DNA from: an uncultured Bacteroidales bacterium
GTDB lineage: Bacteria > Bacteroidota > Bacteroidia > Bacteroidales > Paludibacteraceae
Direction of reading: 5' to 3'
Length of the DNA stretch: 64,000 nt
Assembly: GCA_946403315.1 (NCBI GenBank)
Contig: CAMIZK010000001.1
Span: 1,588 to 65,587, forward strand
The position numbers and the translations under genes are program-made. Each line of letters starts with the position of its first letter. The stretch's first letter is position 1. The notes under the pieces are model-generated. The model was not told the DNA's origin. It saw only the letters and a program-made list of their open reading frames with translations, and searched no databases. This document shows positions 28,336-36,952 of the stretch, one piece after another.

Positions 28336-28367
28336 CAAAAGTACAAAAAAATTTGCATATATGCAAA
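28336..28367 (-). promoter_or_regulatory. Promoter of the glucosaminidase/LysM gene (half of a divergent pair)
   Basis: Sense strand: TTTGCATATATGCAAATTTTTTTG-TACTTTTG, with 20-nt spacing. Confidence 0.75.
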
Positions 28368-28383
28368 AAAAGCAGTAATTTTG
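28352..28383 (+). promoter_or_regulatory. Promoter of the lipoprotein / DAHP synthase transcription unit (other half of the divergent pair)
   Basis: TTTGCATATATGCAAAAAAAGCAG-TAATTTTG, with 20-nt spacing. It shares the palindrome TTTGCATATATGCAAA (28352-28367) with the minus-strand promoter. Confidence 0.75.
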
Positions 28384-28403
28384 TGCCGTAAAATTTAATT
28401 TTT

Positions 28404-28853
28404 ATGAAAAAATACGTATTTATCAGTCTATTCGCGTTGGTAGCAGTAGCATTTACCGCTTGTACAAGCGCCGACGCACCGCAACACAAACGGACCGTTG
28501 ATCTGGTAGCGAACTCCAATAGTTGGACCTTCGATGAGGGAGCCAACATGTATTTCTGCCATTTCGATGTGGCGGAAATCACTTCGAAAGTATATAACTA
28601 CGGTGAGTTCAGCGTGAACCGCGAATACAACACAGGTACACCGAACGCCTATCAGGTAGCATTGCCGGAAACAACCTATCAGCAGGTGGATCTGGATAAC
28701 GGCGACGGCACGTCCAGTCCTTATTATTTCCAACAGCATATCGACTATGCCGTAGGCATCGGGTTTGTAGAAGTATTCTGCACGATCTCCGATTTCTACT
28801 ATGAAGGCTTCAGTCCGGAAGGAATGCTGTTCCGTCTGCAGATGACCTATTAG
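28404..28853 (+). CDS. Hypothetical lipoprotein
   Basis: It has a signal peptide and lipobox (LVAVAFTAC) and a promoter 20 nt upstream. I recognised no family. Confidence 0.5.
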   Translation: MKKYVFISLFALVAVAFTACTSADAPQHKRTVDLVANSNSWTFDEGANMYFCHFDVAEITSKVYNYGEFSVNREYNTGTPNAYQVALPETTYQQVDLDNGDGTSSPYYFQQHIDYAVGIGFVEVFCTISDFYYEGFSPEGMLFRLQMTY

Positions 28854-28882
28854 CAGTCAGCCATCAGACATCAGACATACAT
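28854..28882 (+). repeat. Heptamer array of the CAG(C/A)CAT family between the lipoprotein stop and the conserved start of the DAHP synthase homology
   Basis: cagt cagccat cagacat cagacat acat. It is in frame with the downstream GPCSAES motif (QSAIRHQTY). Confidence 0.85.
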
Positions 28883-28919
28883 ATTAGGACCCTGTAGCGC
28901 CGAAAGTCGCGAACAGGTA

Positions 28920-29864
28920 TTGTTCACCGCGGAACAAATCAAAGCGTCCTGCGGTGATATTCCTTTTATATTTCGCGCAGGCGCGTGGAAGCCACGTACG
29001 AGTCCGCATACCTTTCAAGGTGTTGGTGACGAGGCTTTGGTATGGTTGCAAGAAGTCAAAGCACGTTTCGGCATTCCGGTAGCCACGGAAGCAGCGACAC
29101 CGGAACACGTAGAGAAAGCGCTGAAGGTAGGGATAGACTATGTATGGATAGGCGCCAGAACCAGCGCCAGTCCTATTGCTGTAGAAGCCATCGCGCAAGC
29201 GCTGAAGGATCATCCTCTGAAAGGAGTGCTGATCAAGAACCCGGTGAATGCCGATGCGCAGTTATGGTTAGGGAACATCGAGCGCTTGGAAAAAACGGGT
29301 ATTCCGGTGATGGCGGTACATCGAGGCTGCAATCACCAGCCGTGCTGGTCTTTGGCGCATGCGATCCGTACACAACGACCGGATATACCGCTGCTGTTAG
29401 ACCCAAGCCATATGAGCGGCAATGCGGCCAAAGTGCCGGAGTTGATGTCCAAAATAGAAGAATTATCGTTGGACGGTGCGATGATCGAAGTGCATTGTGA
29501 TCCGGCGAATGCGTTATCCGACAATGCACAGCAGATAACCCCTGATCGTATAAATCACCTTATTACATCGATAGCATTACCTGATCATCCTAGACTTTAC
29601 ACCTATGAATCACCTACCCAGGACCTGGAAGAGTTGAACTGGCTGCGGGCGGAAATCGATGAACTGGATGACCGTCTATGGGACACAATTTCAGCGCGCA
29701 TGGAAGTGAGCAAACGGATCGGAGCATGGAAGAAAGCGCACGGCGTAGCACCGCTTCAGCCGGAACGGTACCGGCAGATAGCTGATAAAGTACAACAAAA
29801 AGGAGATTTTGCACTCCGCATATGGGATTTGATACACGAAGAGAGTTTGAAACAACAAGAATAG
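28920..29864 (+). CDS. 3-deoxy-7-phosphoheptulonate (DAHP) synthase fused to chorismate mutase type II; the start is unresolved
   Basis: FRAGAWKPRTSP, WIGARTSASP and DPSHMSG motifs match DAHPS I-beta. The C-terminal segment (ELNWLRAEIDELDDRL...RI) is chorismate-mutase-like. Family similarity (ILGPCSAESREQV) continues upstream of the TTG at 28920 to about 28881, and no canonical start is available there (see findings). Confidence 0.8.
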   Translation: MFTAEQIKASCGDIPFIFRAGAWKPRTSPHTFQGVGDEALVWLQEVKARFGIPVATEAATPEHVEKALKVGIDYVWIGARTSASPIAVEAIAQALKDHPLKGVLIKNPVNADAQLWLGNIERLEKTGIPVMAVHRGCNHQPCWSLAHAIRTQRPDIPLLLDPSHMSGNAAKVPELMSKIEELSLDGAMIEVHCDPANALSDNAQQITPDRINHLITSIALPDHPRLYTYESPTQDLEELNWLRAEIDELDDRLWDTISARMEVSKRIGAWKKAHGVAPLQPERYRQIADKVQQKGDFALRIWDLIHEESLKQQE

Positions 29865-32722
29865 TGAAAAGATTTTTATATATACTGATTTTTTTCCTGG
29901 GTATTGCCGGGATGGCAAAGGCGCAGGATGGTAGCGGTCTAACGACCGGTATATCGGGTATCGTGGTAGATGAAAATACCGGAGAGACCTTACCGTTTGT
30001 GCAAATCTACTTCCTTAAGTCCACAACGAACAAAGGTATGATTGCATCGGAAGTAGGTACTACCTCCGATATTGACGGTAATTTCTCCATCAGCAACACG
30101 GAGGGATATATCACCGTCAATTTTCAGATGATAGGTTACAAGACGGAGATGTTAACCTTGCGCAAAGGCCAAAACCGCACCAACGTGAAGGTGAAACTGA
30201 AACCCGACGTCTATGGCCTACAGGATATCGTAGTCACACCCAAGAACCGCAAACGGGATTACAAACGCAAAGGAAACCCAGCGGTAGAACTGATCAACAA
30301 CGTCATTGCACGCAAAGATTCGTTCTGTGTACGAACGGCCGACCAATACACAGCTACCAGTTATTCGCGTATGTCCTTTGCGCTGGATAACATCACGGTC
30401 AACTGGGAAAAACCATTCTGGAAGAAGTTCAATTTTGTGCAGAAATACATTGACACGACGGGTGTTTATCCGAACGTGACGGTAAGTATTCGGGAGCATT
30501 TGAACGAAGAGTATTTCCAGCGCAAACCGCACCGTGAGAAGAAAGTGCTGCAGAAAAAACGTATCTTCGGTATCGAGGATGTGATCGGTTCAGGCAGTTT
30601 TCAAGAGAACGTCAACGCTATCTTCAAAGATGTGGACATCAATGACAATAGCATGAACCTGCTGTTCAATCGCTTCGTGTCGCCTTTGTCCTCTACACTT
30701 GCCACCACGTTCTACCAGTACTATATCATGGATACGATCATGGTGGACGGCTATCCGTGTATCGACTTGGCGTTTGTGCCGGTGAACTCCCAGAGTTACG
30801 GGTTTACCGGTCACCTCTATATCGTAAATGACTCCACTTTCCGGCTTAAGAAATACGCCATTAACGTACCGCCGGAGATCAACCTCAACTTTGTAAGTAA
30901 CTTCTCCATCGAGCATAGCTACACCCAGTTGGAGAACGGTTTATGGGCGCCGGATAGAACGACGACATATGCCAAATTCTATATTCTGAACAACAAACGC
31001 GGTATTTTAGCTCGTCAGACAAGGATTTATACCGGATGGGATCTGGAGACCCCAATTCCCCGGGAGACGTTCTCCAGTTTTAATGAAGATGAAGTGGAAA
31101 CGAATGACTCTACGGCCGTCCGGCTCAATGCCGCCGCTTGGGAGAGTTTGCGACCGGAACCGCTGACATTCTATGAGAGTTCCGTGGAGAACCTGGTAGA
31201 CGAATTTACCCACACGCCGGCGTTTAACAGTCTGGCGCTCTTTGTGAATGCCATCACGACGGAGTTTATTCCTACGGTACCTTCCTCTATCATGTGGGAG
31301 AGTAAGTTTGACATCGGTCCGATTTATAACTTCCTCAGTTGGAATCCGCTGGAAGGGGTGCGTGTGCGTTTCGGTGGTGCCAGTACTTCCAAGTTACATG
31401 ACCAGGTGTTCTTCCGCAGTTATGTGGCCTTCGGTACCAAGGACTTGAGACCGAAATACAATGCGACGCTGGTGTATACCTTCGACAAACACAAGAACCA
31501 TCCTTATACCGGTCTACGTCACCATATTCAGTTTAGTGCGCAGTACGATGTAGAGGAACCGGGACAAGTAACTGACGTCGTGACACGAGATAATATCCTG
31601 ATGTCTATCCCGTTGAGCAAACCGACGGTGGGCTTTAACCAATATGTCTTCCATGCCAAAGTGGATTATATGAAGGAATGGCCGAATAAGTTCTCCATTA
31701 AGACCGGTTTTGACTTCAACAACAACGAAGCCGCCGGCGCGTTAACCTACAAACGGATGAATTGGGCCATGCAACCCGACTCGTCATGGACGCTGTCGCA
31801 AAACATCATTCCTTCTTATCGTAACTATGAGGGATACCTGGAGTTCCAATACTCACCGGGTAGCCGTATTTCCATTGACCGGATGGGCTTTGAAAGTCCG
31901 TGGGGAATGGAGAAAGATGCACCTACGTTTAAACTCAAACACGTAGTGGGCTATCTGGACGACCGGCACACCGGTGGTGACGGATTTATCTATAACCGTA
32001 CCGAGTTCTCGTTTGACAAGCGCTTCTGGTTCTCCGCTTTCGGTCACTTGGATATGCGAATCCAGACCGGTATGGTGTGGCAGAAAGCACCGTTCACTAA
32101 ACTGTATATCCCGGAGAGCAGTACCAGTATTCTGCTGGCACAACGGTCGTTTAACCAGATGAAACCGATGGAGTTCCTCATGGACCAGCACGTTTCGCTT
32201 TTCGCTACCTATTACTTCAAAGGCTGGATCTTGAACCGCATCCCGGGTATCAACAAACTCAAGTTACGCGGTGTCGTTTCGTTTGCAGGTGTGTACGGTG
32301 GTTTGACCAAGAAGAACAACCCGTATCTCGAAACAGGAACAGGTCTGTATGAGTTCCCTCACACGCCGTGGGAGAAAAATGCAGATGGAACGGATAACAT
32401 GCAGGCAGCATTTGACAATAACGGCTATATCAAAGATAACTTCCGCACCTCGTCTCCGATTGGTAAACTGCCGTACATGGAGATAACGGCCGGCTTTGAG
32501 AATATCTTGAAATTTATCCGTATCGATTATATCCGCCGTCTCACATATAATGACTACGAGTTGCCGTATATGATCCAGAAGATGGAGCCGGATCCGGAGA
32601 ATCCGGTGCAGTTCAAACCTGCCGTAGATGAGAACGGTGATCCGGTGATGATTCACGGTCGCCGTAAGATCGGTGCCTGGGGTCGAAACGGAGTAAAAAT
32701 AACCGTGCGTTTTGCTTTATGA
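29822..32722 (+). CDS. CarboxypepD_reg-domain outer-membrane protein (DUF5686-like)
   Basis: A signal peptide (...GIAGMAKAQ) is followed by GIVVDENTGETLPFVQIYF...TSDIDGNFSI, which is carboxypeptidase-regulatory-like. The long C-terminal region is beta-rich. Alternative starts are GTG 29864 (overlapping the upstream TAG) and ATG 29912. Confidence 0.6.
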   Translation: MGFDTRREFETTRIVKRFLYILIFFLGIAGMAKAQDGSGLTTGISGIVVDENTGETLPFVQIYFLKSTTNKGMIASEVGTTSDIDGNFSISNTEGYITVNFQMIGYKTEMLTLRKGQNRTNVKVKLKPDVYGLQDIVVTPKNRKRDYKRKGNPAVELINNVIARKDSFCVRTADQYTATSYSRMSFALDNITVNWEKPFWKKFNFVQKYIDTTGVYPNVTVSIREHLNEEYFQRKPHREKKVLQKKRIFGIEDVIGSGSFQENVNAIFKDVDINDNSMNLLFNRFVSPLSSTLATTFYQYYIMDTIMVDGYPCIDLAFVPVNSQSYGFTGHLYIVNDSTFRLKKYAINVPPEINLNFVSNFSIEHSYTQLENGLWAPDRTTTYAKFYILNNKRGILARQTRIYTGWDLETPIPRETFSSFNEDEVETNDSTAVRLNAAAWESLRPEPLTFYESSVENLVDEFTHTPAFNSLALFVNAITTEFIPTVPSSIMWESKFDIGPIYNFLSWNPLEGVRVRFGGASTSKLHDQVFFRSYVAFGTKDLRPKYNATLVYTFDKHKNHPYTGLRHHIQFSAQYDVEEPGQVTDVVTRDNILMSIPLSKPTVGFNQYVFHAKVDYMKEWPNKFSIKTGFDFNNNEAAGALTYKRMNWAMQPDSSWTLSQNIIPSYRNYEGYLEFQYSPGSRISIDRMGFESPWGMEKDAPTFKLKHVVGYLDDRHTGGDGFIYNRTEFSFDKRFWFSAFGHLDMRIQTGMVWQKAPFTKLYIPESSTSILLAQRSFNQMKPMEFLMDQHVSLFATYYFKGWILNRIPGINKLKLRGVVSFAGVYGGLTKKNNPYLETGTGLYEFPHTPWEKNADGTDNMQAAFDNNGYIKDNFRTSSPIGKLPYMEITAGFENILKFIRIDYIRRLTYNDYELPYMIQKMEPDPENPVQFKPAVDENGDPVMIHGRRKIGAWGRNGVKITVRFAL

Positions 32723-33519
32723 TCATGAAAAAGACATTATTGACACTTATTATCGCTGTGCTGTCGCTGAGTATGGCAGCGCAGAACAAGGAGACGAAAC
32801 TGCAGATGACGCTGGATGAGATGAAAGCGCAGTTGGAGGATTTTGACACAGAACGTTTGCTGGATTCTTTGGACCAGGAGAAACTGCCGAAACTGGTATC
32901 CGGAGGTGTGTTCGGTGGTGGAAACATAAGCAATTTCATCATCACCCGAAACCATCGCCCGATGAGTTCATATATGCGTATCGGTGCTGAAGTAGGCGGA
33001 TTCCTGGATTTCGCCATCACCAAGCATTTTGCAGTACAACCCCAAGTGATCCTCACCGCCCAACAAAACTATTTTGCGGCTACGGACACCACAAACCGTT
33101 TGTGGTCTTTCGGTGTGGATATACCTATTTATTTCCTGGGGCGTTTCGGCAACATGGAGAAAGGCTATATCCAGTTTGGCGGTGGTATCTTCACGCATTT
33201 CACATACCTCAGTAACGTGCAAAACAAATACCATAATGTAGATGCCACGCAAGCGACAACGCCCGATGCAGCGCCTCATCGAATCTTGATGGAGGATACC
33301 TATGATTACAGCCGTCTGTACAGCCTGCATAACAACCATTTCGGTGTCTGTCTGATGGTAGGATATGAATGCCCGTTCGGAATGATCATCAACGCACAAT
33401 ACAAGGTGAGCCTATCTGACATCGCCGGTTTTTACAGCGAAAAAAAGGGCACCGCCGATGCCGATGCCCTTATTTACCCTCAGTCGATAAGCTTACACGT
33501 AGGTTATCGCTGGAAATAA
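32719..33519 (+). CDS. Outer-membrane beta-barrel (porin-family) protein
   Basis: It has a signal peptide (LSLSMAAQ) and alternating aromatic/glycine beta-strand patterning, and ends in YRWK. The start overlaps the upstream stop in an ATGA arrangement. Confidence 0.55.
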   Translation: MIMKKTLLTLIIAVLSLSMAAQNKETKLQMTLDEMKAQLEDFDTERLLDSLDQEKLPKLVSGGVFGGGNISNFIITRNHRPMSSYMRIGAEVGGFLDFAITKHFAVQPQVILTAQQNYFAATDTTNRLWSFGVDIPIYFLGRFGNMEKGYIQFGGGIFTHFTYLSNVQNKYHNVDATQATTPDAAPHRILMEDTYDYSRLYSLHNNHFGVCLMVGYECPFGMIINAQYKVSLSDIAGFYSEKKGTADADALIYPQSISLHVGYRWK

Positions 33520-35339
33520 TTATTACGAATCACTTTATCGGATAACACGAACGCGTCTTTCTCTTGAATGGCGCGTTTTTGTGTGCTATCCATCAGGTTG
33601 ATACCAAAGCCGTGCCAACGATAGTTCTCCACACCTAACACAGACTGATAGGTAGGATAGATATCCATCTGGTACGCATCCTCCGTATATCTCGGATTGC
33701 CGTTGATCTTCGGGGAATAGATGATAAGCGGTAAGCAATCATCTTCCGGTGTAAGCTCCGAAATCCATGTATCTGCCGGATCTGTATTGTTCTTCTTGAA
33801 ACGCTTGATATACTCATGCATCGAATCGCGTAACTCATAATGGAGGATACGGTGATCACCGGTGATGACGATGGTGTAGTTCTGCAGTACCGGATCGGAC
33901 TCCACCTTACGGATGAAATACCCTACTCCGGCATCCAAGGCATTGAAGCCACGGATGAAGTTGTACATCACCCAATACATACCCTTGCCGGAAATATCCA
34001 GATTGCTGTATTTCTCATTCAGGAACGGTGCGTGCGTAGATTGCGTGATACACTGGATATACCGGTGTCCTTCATCCACCAGGCTGTCCAGTTTCTGGAA
34101 CAGGATCGTGTCCACATCGCAATAACTGATGGTGGTGTCGTATCCATAAGCCGGCGACATCTGCGTTTGGTTCCATACACACGGATCGTGCGGCAGCAAA
34201 CAGATGGCACTGTCCGGCGCCAAGGTCATGATACCCGGATAGGTGTTGGTCGGATAATGCAGACAAGTAGCGCCGGCATTAATCGGCAGCAGACCCGTGT
34301 TCACAATCATCTGGCCGTCTGCCGAAGGCGCACCTACGATCTGCGTATGAATCCTATTGGCATAGAACACATGATCGTTCTGCGTAAACCGATATAGGTT
34401 CGGCATGATCTCCGGTGTTACTACCCAGTTCTCCAAACTCTCCAGCAGCACGATGATCAACGGACTATCCAGCGTATCCTGCGCTTCTACGCCCTTATCC
34501 AAGGTAGCCATCATCACCGAATCCTGTGCATTCAACGGCCGTTCCGGTTGCATATCTTTCAGCATCAGATAATAGTCGGTCGTGATATAGAACGGTGAAT
34601 AGAGGATACTCGTGTTAGCCACCGCCATGGGGAAATGGTTTCCATATACCCGTTCCCGGTGTTCCCGGATAAAAGGAAGAGGATCGTACTTCGATTCGAT
34701 ATCCTGTTTCGTCTGCGCATGAACAAACAAGAGTTCCGATCCTTGACGCAGACCGATAGAAACCAGCACAATAATCAACCATGCTTTCCAGTTTCGCTGG
34801 GTACGCTTCGGCAGATACATGAACAGCAAGCCAAAGAGGGCAGTCATTCCGAAGAACAGCAGATCAATATCCAGTTCCACATAGATCAGTACCGACCAGA
34901 AATAGCCGTGTAAGTTACCGGACATATTAAATGCCTCCGCATCCAGCAAAATATGGTTATTGCGCATGTAAATCAGGTTCGCTATCATCCAGGCGTCTAC
35001 CACCACAGACAGGAAGATCAACCACCGCTTGTTCCGCAGCAGGAAAGTAAAAGAAGCAAACAGAAGCGCCGCAGCGATCTTACTGATGATCATCGCGAAA
35101 CCGTTTTGCACGGAGGTGTAAATCTCAAACTCCCGGAACGCAAAATGGTCAAAAATCAGGGTTTGCACAAAGAACAGCACCGCAAACGCACCAAACACAA
35201 ACCATCCGGCACGGTTTCCCACAGCCATCCATTCGCGGCATTTATCGCGCCAAACTACATACGCCGCACGACGCTGTTTCATCGATTCAAGGTGTTTCTT
35301 ACAATCCATAATGAATCTTATTGTTTTAAATTTTAGCAA
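33504..35339 (-). CDS. LTA synthase/sulfatase-family membrane protein (phosphoglycerol or phosphoethanolamine transferase-like)
   Basis: About 5 TM helices at the N-terminus are followed by a sulfatase-type domain (LIIVLLESLENW, ITGDHR). The start could instead be the internal Met at MDCKKH. Confidence 0.65.
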   Translation of the reverse strand: MLKFKTIRFIMDCKKHLESMKQRRAAYVVWRDKCREWMAVGNRAGWFVFGAFAVLFFVQTLIFDHFAFREFEIYTSVQNGFAMIISKIAAALLFASFTFLLRNKRWLIFLSVVVDAWMIANLIYMRNNHILLDAEAFNMSGNLHGYFWSVLIYVELDIDLLFFGMTALFGLLFMYLPKRTQRNWKAWLIIVLVSIGLRQGSELLFVHAQTKQDIESKYDPLPFIREHRERVYGNHFPMAVANTSILYSPFYITTDYYLMLKDMQPERPLNAQDSVMMATLDKGVEAQDTLDSPLIIVLLESLENWVVTPEIMPNLYRFTQNDHVFYANRIHTQIVGAPSADGQMIVNTGLLPINAGATCLHYPTNTYPGIMTLAPDSAICLLPHDPCVWNQTQMSPAYGYDTTISYCDVDTILFQKLDSLVDEGHRYIQCITQSTHAPFLNEKYSNLDISGKGMYWVMYNFIRGFNALDAGVGYFIRKVESDPVLQNYTIVITGDHRILHYELRDSMHEYIKRFKKNNTDPADTWISELTPEDDCLPLIIYSPKINGNPRYTEDAYQMDIYPTYQSVLGVENYRWHGFGINLMDSTQKRAIQEKDAFVLSDKVIRNNYFQR

Positions 35340-35682
35340 TAAACATACATCCGGTGATCACCATCGCCACACCGATCCACTGCATATATCCCACCTGTTC
35401 GTGGAAGACAAACAGACCGGCAAGAATACCGAAGATAAAACCGAGACTGGTCAACGGATAGATCTGCGAGAAAGGATATTTATTCAATAACCACAGCCAG
35501 AACAAGTTCGCTGCGATCATGAGGAAGATGGCAAACATCAACCAGGCGTTCGTCAGCACGTGATGCCAAATAAACGACCAACTCCACTCCCAAGTCAGAC
35601 CCTTCATCGCCAATTTAAGGGCGACTTGACTGAAGGCCAACATTGCTGTCTGCAACAGCATCAAAAGAATCATTCCTATCAT
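35326..35682 (-). CDS. Small 4-TM EamA/DMT-type membrane protein (ArnE/F-like)
   Basis: The protein is 118 aa with four hydrophobic helices. It overlaps both neighbouring genes (4 nt and 14 nt), so it is part of the operon. Confidence 0.5.
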   Translation of the reverse strand: MIGMILLMLLQTAMLAFSQVALKLAMKGLTWEWSWSFIWHHVLTNAWLMFAIFLMIAANLFWLWLLNKYPFSQIYPLTSLGFIFGILAGLFVFHEQVGYMQWIGVAMVITGCMFIAKI

Positions 35683-36857
35683 ACCGTTATACCGTGTTTC
35701 AATTTATACGACTGTTGGATATCCCGATAGCGCAGGATCACTTCCTCGATCACATTCTCCCAGGAACGTGCGATTGTGGAAGAAGCCTTGTTGCCCACCT
35801 GCTGCAGCATCTTTGGATGCGTCATCAGATAGACGATACGATCCGCATAGGCCTGCACATCATTCGGCGTTAAGAATCCGTTCACATCCGTTTGGATCAC
35901 TTCCGCTGCCGTGGACTCCTGTAACATCAAGGCCGGCGTATGCATGGCTGCAGCTTCACGTACCACCAACGGTGCATTGTCATACAACGACGGGAAGAGA
36001 AACAGATCCGCTGCCGCATCGATACGTTTGAGCCGTCCCCGATCATGGATATTGCCTAACAAAGTCACGCGATCCTGCAGCCCCAGTTCATCGATCTTAC
36101 GATGAATCGCACTGACGGCATACCCCGTTCCTACCATGTACAGATGGAAGGGCTTATCCTTGATCAACGCCAAAGCATCCAGGATAAATCCGATATTCTT
36201 CTCCCATATATGCTGCCCTACAAAAAGCAGCATAATCTCGTCTTGTTTCAGACCTAACTCGGCACGCATCTGCGCACGCATCGATTCGATCAACTCCACC
36301 GGTGTGCAGAAATCATTACCGTTCTCCACCACATCCACGTGACCTTTGAAACCGTACTCCCGTAAGGTCGGTTCTACCGCTGCCTGCGGTATCCATACTT
36401 CATCCGCTTTCTCGAAGAACTTAATAATATGCTTCACCATCCAGTCCACGACCCGTTTATTGGGCACGTTATGCTCAAAATCCTGACGGTATTTGGAATG
36501 GAAAGTAGCCACCAAGGGGATGCTTTGCTTCTTCGCCGCCGAATAAGCCAGGTCACCCGTCACAAACGGACAGTGCGCATGCACCAGTTCAAACTCCTGC
36601 TTATGGAACTGCCGAAGGAAAGAGGGCGACAGATGCGGCATACCGTACCGGTAGGGTGCTCTAAAAGGAATCGTCACCGACGGCACCAGATCTATCGGAT
36701 AAGGCGCTGCCTTAATCACATCGTCCATTTCAGGCGCATAGTCCGTGATGACACGTACGTCATACCCTTTCTGCGTCAACCAATAAGCATAGTTCTGCGC
36801 CGTTAACGCTACGCCGTCCAAGATAGGCGGAAAATTATCGTTAAAGATACCAAACAT
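35679..36857 (-). CDS. Glycosyltransferase family 4
   Basis: It has a GT-B fold pattern, LLFVGQHIWEKN, and a FLFPSLYDNAPLVVREAAAMHTP motif of the EX7E type. I place the start at ATG 36857 (MFGIFNDNFPP), below the promoter. Confidence 0.8.
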   Translation of the reverse strand: MFGIFNDNFPPILDGVALTAQNYAYWLTQKGYDVRVITDYAPEMDDVIKAAPYPIDLVPSVTIPFRAPYRYGMPHLSPSFLRQFHKQEFELVHAHCPFVTGDLAYSAAKKQSIPLVATFHSKYRQDFEHNVPNKRVVDWMVKHIIKFFEKADEVWIPQAAVEPTLREYGFKGHVDVVENGNDFCTPVELIESMRAQMRAELGLKQDEIMLLFVGQHIWEKNIGFILDALALIKDKPFHLYMVGTGYAVSAIHRKIDELGLQDRVTLLGNIHDRGRLKRIDAAADLFLFPSLYDNAPLVVREAAAMHTPALMLQESTAAEVIQTDVNGFLTPNDVQAYADRIVYLMTHPKMLQQVGNKASSTIARSWENVIEEVILRYRDIQQSYKLKHGITV

Positions 36858-36880
36858 ACTCTGTTTCGATTTTGCGGGCG

Positions 36881-36912
36881 CAAAATTACAAAAAAAATCC
36901 CACATATGCAAG
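36881..36912 (-). promoter_or_regulatory. Promoter of the GT4 / DMT-like / LTA-synthase-like operon
   Basis: Sense strand: cTTGCATATGTGGGATTTTTTTTG-TAATTTTG, with 20-nt spacing. Confidence 0.75.
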
Positions 36913-36952
36913 CATACGCAGGATTTTTTTCGAATTTATGTACTTTTTTTAA

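Noticed and set aside
28404-29864. A read-through fusion of the lipoprotein ORF and the DAHP synthase, which are in the same frame and separated only by TAG 28851-28853.
   Set aside because: Same-frame adjacency has a 1-in-3 chance by accident. Fusing an exported lipoprotein to a cytoplasmic enzyme makes no biological sense, and I see no recoding signal. I kept the missing start codon as a finding but not the fusion idea.
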